NCBI GenBank assembly: GCA_029261195.1
Contig: JAJDBU010000059.1
Span: forward strand, 147,299 to 211,298
Direction: 5' to 3'
Length of the DNA: 64,000 bases
From: Nitrospirota bacterium
GTDB lineage: Bacteria > Nitrospirota > Nitrospiria > SBBL01 > JAADHI01
How positions within the stretch are numbered: the stretch's first letter is position 1; each line of letters opens with the position of its first letter. Position numbers and translations under genes: made by a program. The notes beneath the pieces were generated by a model. That model did no database searches. It was given only the letters and a program-made list of their open reading frames with translations, and was not told the DNA's origin. Positions 38,451 through 46,316 of this stretch are shown here, one piece after another.

Positions 38451-38511
38451 ATGTCATCTTCCAGGAGGATCGCTTAAGAACATCCTTCTTGATGCGGTCT
38501 CGTCATTCAAT

Positions 38512-38581
38512 AAACAACCCTTGATTTGCCTGTAAAAGGTTGATGAAAATGCTAAATGGCAATTCAGGGGTTGTTTTTTTT
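38512..38581 (+). terminator. Terminator candidate after the CBS gene
   Basis: AAACAACCC (38512-38520) pairs with GGGTTGTTT (38568-38576) around a structured loop (TTGCC/GGCAA). Followed by a T-run through 38581. Confidence 0.4.
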
Positions 38582-38726
38582 CTGGTGAAATAGATATACA
38601 TGAACCCGTCAAGCTCGACGAGGAGACGCGACGCGTGATGGGTGGTTTTCAGATGTCATACCAGATTGATAGATAATACTAAATACGAATGTTTTTGTAG
38701 TATTACGTCATTGAACTATTTTTAGT

Positions 38727-39227
38727 TTGGATGGAATCTTGCGAAAAAAAGTATATGTGTTTGACGAAGATGCGGGCACACGCGCCATTTTATGGAAAGC
38801 GTTTGATCAACGGGGCTACAAGGTAAGCACTCATTCGAGGCCTGGAGCCTGCCCTGACACTTTTCAGACTCAACTTGATTGTATCTCAGGTCGTGCTTGT
38901 GGCGATTTTGTTGTCACAAGCGTTGATCTGCCTGAAGCTCCACGATTAGAATCTATAAAAGAATTGATTATAAAAAGGGCCTGTAAAGTAGAAAATATTG
39001 CTCTGATGTCATCAACATGGACAGATTCTGAATTGGAAACTGCCAAAATGCTTGGCTGTAAGGCACTCTGGAAGCCACTGACTGTGGGTGCAGTGGCTGC
39101 ATGGATAGATGTTTGTGAAAAAAGACAGCTAGGGCGAGGGAATGAATGTTTCAAGCTACAAAAATCAGTTCGTGTCGCTTCTTCGACATGCAAGATACTG
39201 ATGTACATAGCGATTTTTATAGCTTGA
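38727..39227 (+). CDS. Orphan receiver (CheY-like) domain protein, atypical
   Basis: TTG start. REC landmarks are present in order: KVYVFDED, VTSVDLPE, ALMSS and WKP. A Cys-rich insertion is present, and the region is A+T-rich. Confidence 0.4.
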   Translation: MDGILRKKVYVFDEDAGTRAILWKAFDQRGYKVSTHSRPGACPDTFQTQLDCISGRACGDFVVTSVDLPEAPRLESIKELIIKRACKVENIALMSSTWTDSELETAKMLGCKALWKPLTVGAVAAWIDVCEKRQLGRGNECFKLQKSVRVASSTCKILMYIAIFIA

Positions 39228-39245
39228 AGAGAAAATGAGAGAGTT

Positions 39246-41573
39246 TTATTCCGGTACCGGAACGAAACCGTCCCTCAGTTCTTCCGGCCCCACCGTTACT
39301 TTTCCGCCATTGCTTTGCATGAATGCAATGATCGTCAGTAGTTCCTGCTCTGAAAGCCCGATGGGCGGTTTATTGATGACGGGCATTTGTGCTGAAAACT
39401 CAACCGGCTTTCCAGCATCGAAGTCCAGTTTGACATAGGCCGCAGGCTTGACCAGCGCCTCATGGATAAACTCACGGGTTAATCGCGCCCCCACCCCGGA
39501 AAGGTTCGGACAACGACCTTGGCCCGGACCGATGGCGTGGCACAAGGCGCACTGGCCCTTGCTGTAGAATATTTCCTGCCCGATTTGAACCAGATCATCT
39601 TTGGTTTTAATCTTTGTCAGATCCAGGGCCTTCTTTTCGGGAGGTAAGCCGATCTTCTGCGGCACTTGGTAGCCGATATAGGCGTAGGCGAATAAAAAGA
39701 CGCTGACAACGCCGACGACTTTCAGAATCACAAAACGGGGACGACCGGCATCCTTTGCAGTATCTTTTCGATGCTCAGGCCGATGCTCACCAAAGAGATC
39801 CACAAGATACATCAAGACAGAAGGAATAAAAAAATAGCGTGTAGAAAAGCGATTGAGGCGTATCGTGTGTGAAGTCCAAAAAATAATGCCGACTAAAAGA
39901 AAAAAAATCGCCGTACTCATCACAAAAAGGGCGGAAGCGACCCCTAAAGTCGGCGTATAAGCATAAGCAGAGGTATCTTCCATGACCCCATAGATATGCC
40001 AGTGCACACGCGATGCGGAACGGGCATAGCCCATCATGGACATGGTTAAAACGACGAAGACCGCATTGACGATCAGCGCATACTGGGAGCGTTTCGGCAT
40101 CACGCCCCACTTCATTTCATGTGTCAGTTTTGCCGACCTGAGAGAAAGGGCCGTCAGCGGTGTGATCGTACAAAGAACGAAGAGAACCGCGAGGACCTGA
40201 GCCACGGAAAGCACATTCACCCGATAGACAGAGGGAACGAAATAACCGTAAACCCCGAGCCAGATGATGTAGACCACTGCGCCGCTAATCAGAACAACCG
40301 TAAAAATATTCGCCGCCTTCCCCCATTTCACCGTCACCACCTTGTCTGCACGCCAATAGAGGATGAAGCAGATGAAGGTCGTGATAATCATGAGGTTCAC
40401 AGCCGTCAACTTGGCCGACATCACCCCGAAGACTCCAAGCAGAGGATGGTGCGCCCCCCCCATCGCCCTTTCCTCGGCAACACTGGCTACAAGAGAATGA
40501 GGCGTCAGCCAAACCGCAAAAGAGCCGACTAAAACCACGAGCATAATGACAATGGGCATCTTGTACTTTTGGGCGGAGGAAGTTCGATAGGCGATCCCCT
40601 GCCAGAAATAGTAGTTTGCCCCGACGAAAAGCACGCCGATGAGCACCGCCTGGAGGATGAAAAGCCAGGAGAGGATGCCTCCCATGAGCATAATCCCCAT
40701 CTGCTGGTTATATTCATAGATTTCGCGCATCAGGTAGTAGCCCGCGAAAGGCATCGGAAGGATCCCGAAAACACCGATAAAATTTCCGGTATAGCCCATC
40801 CAGTCGTAATGTTCCCGCTCTTCCTGTGTTTTTGCGCCTAAATACGCAACCCCGGCATAAGCACCGCAGACAAAGCCTCCCAGAACAATATTGCCGACAA
40901 TTCGGTGTATATTCACGGGCCACCATGTCGGGTTGTTCATGGCGGCCCAGGCCCGTTCCCACTCCCCTAATTCCGGATTCAAGACCACGGGGCTTGCCTG
41001 GAAGGAGAGAAAACCACTCGGAAGACACATCACCGCAAATCCGAAAAGATTGAGCATCACCCCCCAAAAAACATGAAGGGCTTTTCGATCCTTCCATTTT
41101 TCCCACTTGGACCAATAGTAGTAGATCGAGGTTGTCTCGCCTATAAACAGGCCGAGATAGACGTAGTAGGCCGGCTTAAAGATGCCTGTCATCACGCTCA
41201 TGAGTTCAGGATAAAAAACGAGGAGCGTAAAAAGAAAAAGCATCCCAAGCGTTGCAGTCGTTGCAAAACAGGCGACGATCAGGTCGGTAAATTCCTTGGC
41301 GAGACGGTCATAGCGTTTTTCACCGGTTGAAATGCCGATGATTTCGACAATGAGGACAAATATGGGCACACCCAACACGAATGCGCCGAATAAGATGTGC
41401 AACTGGGCTAACATCCAGATCAGATTACGGCTGCCGATGCCAGCGATATCGCGATAACGCACAGCAGAGCCGGTCTCCGCAAAGACCACTGTTGAAGGGA
41501 GCAAGAGCAGCGCCATTAAAAGGAAGACCGCCCAAACAACTGAATTATTATATTTTTTAATTGAATTTCTCAT
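39246..41573 (-). CDS. Cytochrome bd-like oxidase subunit I homolog fused to a C-terminal class I cytochrome c domain
   Basis: CydA-like N-terminal helices (AQLHILFGAFVLGVPIF; NPTWWPVNIHRIVGN) and about 14 TM helices. The C-terminal domain has CALCH plus a distal Met (AQMPV). No cydB-like gene is adjacent. Confidence 0.7.
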   Translation of the reverse strand: MRNSIKKYNNSVVWAVFLLMALLLLPSTVVFAETGSAVRYRDIAGIGSRNLIWMLAQLHILFGAFVLGVPIFVLIVEIIGISTGEKRYDRLAKEFTDLIVACFATTATLGMLFLFTLLVFYPELMSVMTGIFKPAYYVYLGLFIGETTSIYYYWSKWEKWKDRKALHVFWGVMLNLFGFAVMCLPSGFLSFQASPVVLNPELGEWERAWAAMNNPTWWPVNIHRIVGNIVLGGFVCGAYAGVAYLGAKTQEEREHYDWMGYTGNFIGVFGILPMPFAGYYLMREIYEYNQQMGIMLMGGILSWLFILQAVLIGVLFVGANYYFWQGIAYRTSSAQKYKMPIVIMLVVLVGSFAVWLTPHSLVASVAEERAMGGAHHPLLGVFGVMSAKLTAVNLMIITTFICFILYWRADKVVTVKWGKAANIFTVVLISGAVVYIIWLGVYGYFVPSVYRVNVLSVAQVLAVLFVLCTITPLTALSLRSAKLTHEMKWGVMPKRSQYALIVNAVFVVLTMSMMGYARSASRVHWHIYGVMEDTSAYAYTPTLGVASALFVMSTAIFFLLVGIIFWTSHTIRLNRFSTRYFFIPSVLMYLVDLFGEHRPEHRKDTAKDAGRPRFVILKVVGVVSVFLFAYAYIGYQVPQKIGLPPEKKALDLTKIKTKDDLVQIGQEIFYSKGQCALCHAIGPGQGRCPNLSGVGARLTREFIHEALVKPAAYVKLDFDAGKPVEFSAQMPVINKPPIGLSEQELLTIIAFMQSNGGKVTVGPEELRDGFVPVPE

Positions 41574-43117
41574 GTCACATGCCTTAAAAACGCAAGGCGT
41601 TTAACCAAACACATAAATACAGCGCTTCCTTTTCTGTAGAAATAATCCGTATCCAGACTGATCTGCTTTTCCGGCTTCAACTTCTTCAAGAACAGCATAA
41701 AGGCCAAGAGCGTAAAACCCAGATACTGAAAGGCTTCAACGAGGTGGCCCATCGTGTAGGGATGATAGTCCATTGGATGGGGCAGCATGTCATAGAGCAA
41801 TCCGGGAAAAAGGCCAAAAGAGACACAGATCAATGCAAGAATTCTCATTGCCCACAACATGTGAGCAGGCGGATCTTTCGCCGTAATTTTCCAGCCTTCC
41901 CCCCGAGCTTCTCCAAGAAAAATCGTATAGATGAGTTTCAAGGGTGTCAGCCAGGTCCCGCAGGCGGCAAAGACAAGCATCAATATCACCCAGCCCTGAT
42001 GTGCTTCAGCCGCAGCTGAAACAACAATCGACTTGCTCACAAATCCCAGAAGCGGGGGCAGACCCGCAATGGAAAAGCCCCCGATCACGAACAGAAGAAA
42101 GGTCCAGGGCATACTTTTGTAAAGCCCTCCCAGCTCGCTTTGCTTTCGCCCTCCCGTCATGTGGGTGACGGAACTGATACCCATCATGAGCAGGGCCTTA
42201 TAAATAATATTAGTGAACGCGAGGGAGACCGCGCCGTTGATTCCCAGCGCAGTGCCGATACCGATCCCTGTAATCATGTATCCGTTCTGACTGATCAGAT
42301 GGTAACACCAGGCCCGTTGACAATTATTTTCATTGACCACATACATCACGCCGTAAACCGCCATAACGGCCCCCAGGACAATCAGGATGGGCGTTCCGGG
42401 AAAACCGCGAATCAAGGCATAAATCGCCGTCTTTGTTGTAAAGACACTCAGAAAAATTACACCGGTCAATGTTGCTTCGGGATAGGCATCTGCCAGCCAG
42501 GCATGAACCGGCGGCACTGCCGCGTTAATCAGGAAGCCCATGAGCATCATGATCGGGCCTAATCCCATTTGCGGAAAAGCATCAAATGTGATTCCGCCAC
42601 CACTCGCGACATGCATCGTAATCCCGCCAAGCAGTAAAATTCCGCCGGTAATGTGAACCAGCATATAACGCATGCCGGCAGCATTAGACGCTTTTCCCCC
42701 CCGTAACCAAATCAAGAAGACAGAGGAAAACGAAGCAATTTCCCAGAATAGAAAGAAGGTAAAGAGGTCGCCCGCAAAGACCGCACCCACTGCACTGCCG
42801 ACGTAGAGCAGCGCGGCCATATGTTCACGGCAATCTTTCACATGTAAAGCAAAGACAAAGCTTGCAAAAGCACTCACCATAAAAACAGCGCCGAATCCTA
42901 GGCTTAATTTGTCGACACGACCGAAGATCAGGTCATGACCGATAAAAGGAAGGACACCATGTGTTCCCTGCGAAGCGGAAAGGATTGCAAGCAAGCCCAG
43001 CGCTGGGATCGAAAGCAGCAGCGCAGAACGGCTTCTTCCTTTTACAAGGGGAAGAAGCGCTGCGCCAAGATAGAAGAACAGGGAGGGTTGCACCCACTCA
43101 ATCATCGTTATTCTCAA
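41570..43117 (-). CDS. MrpD/NuoN-type antiporter-like membrane subunit (2)
   Basis: Proton_antipo_M-type core: FFLFWEIASFSS, PVHAWLADAYPEA, and GGLYKSMPWTF. Its stop overlaps the bd-like oxidase start (ATGA). Confidence 0.75.
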   Translation of the reverse strand: MRITMIEWVQPSLFFYLGAALLPLVKGRSRSALLLSIPALGLLAILSASQGTHGVLPFIGHDLIFGRVDKLSLGFGAVFMVSAFASFVFALHVKDCREHMAALLYVGSAVGAVFAGDLFTFFLFWEIASFSSVFLIWLRGGKASNAAGMRYMLVHITGGILLLGGITMHVASGGGITFDAFPQMGLGPIMMLMGFLINAAVPPVHAWLADAYPEATLTGVIFLSVFTTKTAIYALIRGFPGTPILIVLGAVMAVYGVMYVVNENNCQRAWCYHLISQNGYMITGIGIGTALGINGAVSLAFTNIIYKALLMMGISSVTHMTGGRKQSELGGLYKSMPWTFLLFVIGGFSIAGLPPLLGFVSKSIVVSAAAEAHQGWVILMLVFAACGTWLTPLKLIYTIFLGEARGEGWKITAKDPPAHMLWAMRILALICVSFGLFPGLLYDMLPHPMDYHPYTMGHLVEAFQYLGFTLLAFMLFLKKLKPEKQISLDTDYFYRKGSAVFMCLVKRLAFLRHVT

Positions 43118-43123
43118 ATTTCA

Positions 43124-44662
43124 TCAGCCTGTCACCTGTTTAATCAGATCCAGAAAAAGGTCCGGGAAAATCCCCAATAGAATAGAAAGTGCAGCCGTCA
43201 CGCACAAAGGAATCACACAAAACAGGGGCTCCTTCACTCGGATTTCAGGCACAGGGAATTCAGTCCCCTCCAAGCCTCGCCCTCCGCCTTCCTCAAGGCC
43301 ATCTTTGTCCCCTGCAAGGGCAAGCGACAGCCTCTTGTCAGGCGCCTTAAAAAAAGCCTGATGGACAATCGGTAAAAAATAAAAAGCGTTTAATAAACCA
43401 CTGCTGAGCATCACAAAAAACATGGGCGCCTGATTGGCCTCAACTGAACCCAGCAACAAATACCACTTGCTTAAGAAGCCGGCAGAGGGTGGCACGCCAA
43501 TCATGCTCAAGCTTGCAATGGCAAAGGCCCCCATCGTCCAGGGCATCTGCCGACCCATGCCATTGAGTTGAGACACCTTGGTCTTTTGCGTCGCCACATA
43601 GATTGCACCCGCACAGAAGAAGAGTGTGATTTTAGAAACCGCATGATTGACAATGTGTAAAATACCGCCGGTCAGCCCGCTGGAGCTTAGGAGCACCGCG
43701 CCCAAGACCATGTAGGAAAGCTGACTCACCGTAGAATAGGCAATCCGTTCCTTGAGGTTATCCCGCGACAAGGCATAGATCGATGCCATAATAATCGTAA
43801 AACCGGCGAGGGTGCTGGCAATTGATCCGACATTCAGGGTCTTCAGCAGGTCCACACCGAAGGTATTGAGGACAACGCGCAAAATACAAAATGCTCCGGT
43901 ATTCACCACTGCAACGGCATGCAGGAGCGCACTGACCGGTGTGGGGGCAACCATGGAAGCAGGTAACCAGGCAGAAAAAGGCATCAGCGCCGTCTTGGTC
44001 GCGCCGAAGAGGAAAAGGAAAAAAATAAGGACCAGGGTGCTTGATGCCATATCCGCAGGGAAAATGCCGCTTGCCGTAAAATCAAGTGTTCCAGCGTGGT
44101 AGTAGCTTAAGAAAATGGCGATTCCCAGGAAAACCTTCGAGGGCGCCATCAGATATAAGAGGTACTTATTCCCTCCAAGCCAGGCCTCCTTTGTTTCATG
44201 ATGCACGACCAGAGGGTAGGTAAAGAAGGTAATCAGTTCATAAAAGAAAATGAGCGTCAACCAGTTATTGGAAAAAGCCGCCCCCATGGTCGCAAACAGC
44301 GTCACTGCAAAAAAGAAATAGAAGCGGGTCTGTGAATGCTCATTGAGGCCGCGCATATATCCGATAGAGTACAAGGTGGTCAAGATCCAGGTAAAGGAGG
44401 AGACTAGGGCAAAAAGCAGCCCCAGGCCATCCACCCGGAAGCCCGTGGGAACAGAAGGCCATATCGTGAAGAGGGTATAACGAAGGGTTTTCCCCTCAAG
44501 GACGGGGGGGATCATGCTCAGCACAGCAAAAAACATCAAGACCCCTGCCACAAGGGAACATCCCTCCCGAAGATTTTTATGCTTCCGGGTGACAAGGATC
44601 AGCAGGGCCCCGATAAAAGGGATCAATGCTGCGACAAAGGGTTTGATGGATTCCATTTCCAT
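43124..44662 (-). CDS. MrpD/NuoM-type antiporter-like membrane subunit (1)
   Basis: FFYELITFFTYPLV, FSAWLPASMVAPTPVSALLHA, RIAYSTVSQLSYM, and LNGMGRQMPW. It sits 6 nt upstream of the next gene. Confidence 0.75.
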   Translation of the reverse strand: MEMESIKPFVAALIPFIGALLILVTRKHKNLREGCSLVAGVLMFFAVLSMIPPVLEGKTLRYTLFTIWPSVPTGFRVDGLGLLFALVSSFTWILTTLYSIGYMRGLNEHSQTRFYFFFAVTLFATMGAAFSNNWLTLIFFYELITFFTYPLVVHHETKEAWLGGNKYLLYLMAPSKVFLGIAIFLSYYHAGTLDFTASGIFPADMASSTLVLIFFLFLFGATKTALMPFSAWLPASMVAPTPVSALLHAVAVVNTGAFCILRVVLNTFGVDLLKTLNVGSIASTLAGFTIIMASIYALSRDNLKERIAYSTVSQLSYMVLGAVLLSSSGLTGGILHIVNHAVSKITLFFCAGAIYVATQKTKVSQLNGMGRQMPWTMGAFAIASLSMIGVPPSAGFLSKWYLLLGSVEANQAPMFFVMLSSGLLNAFYFLPIVHQAFFKAPDKRLSLALAGDKDGLEEGGGRGLEGTEFPVPEIRVKEPLFCVIPLCVTAALSILLGIFPDLFLDLIKQVTG

Positions 44663-44909
44663 GCTTGTTCTCAGATCCTAACTTTAGGCTGCCTTCGCGG
44701 CAGAGGGCCACAACGCTCAGTCTGCTAAACAGACGGGCCAAACAACCTACGCTATCACAAAACTAAAGCGATGTTCTATCGGCTTGGAAGGGTCTCATAT
44801 TTCAGCTTGAGTCATCACTCTCATTGAGAGTCGAATCTCAAACACAGCCTTTAAAAGGCGACGAGACAGGTCAAACTTGAAACACTGACATCAGCTCACT
44901 CAGGTTTGA

Positions 44910-45356
44910 TTAGAAACCCGATTGCCGGCCGACGGTTGATTCAACATAACAGTCAAGAATATCTCTACGTGCAACGATACCAATCAATTTCCCTTTAGGG
45001 TCGACTACGGGTACGCGGATGAGGTGTCGCGCCTGGAGAAGGTCAATCACCTCCATGACCGGCGTCTCTTCCTCAATGGTGACCACTGACTGCGTCATGA
45101 CCTCTGAGGCGGGAGTCTCACGCAGATATTTCCCTTTCATCAAGGCATTTAGAATATCGAATTCACTCACAAGGCCGATCAGCATCCTTTCCGAGTTAAT
45201 GACCGGGATGCTCCCAAAGCCCCTTTTGAACAATGTATCCGCGATGTCATGGCAGGAAGTCTCTTTATCGACGGAAACAACATTTCTTTCCATCAAGTGA
45301 GAGGCCTTGACCTCGGCCATGCTTTTTCCACCCACGCGAAAATCTGTTAGTCGCAT
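44910..45356 (-). CDS. CBS-pair domain protein (tandem paralog B)
   Basis: The ATG at 45356 follows AAGGAG. Two CBS motifs (GSIPVINSERMLIGLVSEFDIL and IRVPVVDPKGKLIGIVARRDIL). Confidence 0.8.
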   Translation of the reverse strand: MRLTDFRVGGKSMAEVKASHLMERNVVSVDKETSCHDIADTLFKRGFGSIPVINSERMLIGLVSEFDILNALMKGKYLRETPASEVMTQSVVTIEEETPVMEVIDLLQARHLIRVPVVDPKGKLIGIVARRDILDCYVESTVGRQSGF

Positions 45357-45382
45357 CGTCAAACTCCTTTTTCTATTGTCGT

Positions 45383-45844
45383 TCAAACATCATGTTTAAA
45401 GCCAGGGAGCGGCCCGAAGCCTGATTTGGCATAACATCCCAGAATATCTCTCCGCGAAATAATCCCGATCAAGATCTCTTCGGCATCGACCACCGGTACC
45501 CGGATAAAGTGTTTAGACAGAAGGAGGTGTATCACCTCCTCTATCGGCATCTCCTCTGTAATCGATATAACGGGCTTCGCCATGATCTCAACAGCGAGTG
45601 TCTCGCGCAGATCCATTCCTTCTTTCAGCGCTTCCATGAGGTCATATTCACTCACAACCCCGATCAACTCCTTTTTATGGTTGGTGATCGGGATACTGCC
45701 AAATCTCCCTTTAAGCATGGTCTCTGCCAGCACATTGCAGTAAGTCTCTTTACCAAAGGAGATCACCTCTCGATTCATCATGTGGGAGGCGGTCATCTCC
45801 GTCATGCTTTTTCCCCCGACACGGAAAGCCAGTCGTTGATTCAT
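45383..45844 (-). CDS. CBS-pair domain protein (tandem paralog A)
   Basis: The ATG at 45844 (MNQRLAFRVGGKSM) is chosen by alignment with paralog B (MRLTDFRVGGKSM). Two CBS motifs. Confidence 0.75.
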   Translation of the reverse strand: MNQRLAFRVGGKSMTEMTASHMMNREVISFGKETYCNVLAETMLKGRFGSIPITNHKKELIGVVSEYDLMEALKEGMDLRETLAVEIMAKPVISITEEMPIEEVIHLLLSKHFIRVPVVDAEEILIGIISRRDILGCYAKSGFGPLPGFKHDV

Positions 45845-46316
45845 AGCTGCTATCCTTTCTCTCTTTATATGATTTGTTGAGACGTGAACACCTGAAAACT
45901 CAGTACGACCTTCATCAGTACGACCTTCAGTTGATGAACTTACAAGCGATCTGTCCCCTACCTCCTGCTTCACCCTGAGGCCAAAATCCTTCAAGGACAG
46001 CATCAGCGTGGTACTCGTCAAAATAATTCCCGCTTCATTTGGAGAATTGCGACTTGCGATCATAACATAGACCGCAATAGTCAGGCCAATCAGAAATTAA
46101 AAATCTACACTTAGAATAAGAATAAAAACAATGACTTAAAGTCTGAAAGTCCAGGACGATCTGGAGGCGATTTTGTGATGTTGTCTAAAGGTGTCCATCT
46201 GCGTAGATTCAAAGAAATACTGTTAGACATTTTTATTGACAAAAATGTCCTGAACTCACTTGAGTCTTTCTGATTCTCTCTAGCTCATTACGCGGGATTC
46301 TTGATTTCGCGCGGCC

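Noticed and set aside
40119-41330. Several 60-140-aa plus-strand ORFs inside the bd-like oxidase gene
   Set aside because: They are antisense frames of a strongly supported membrane-protein gene, with Arg/His/Asp-rich products.
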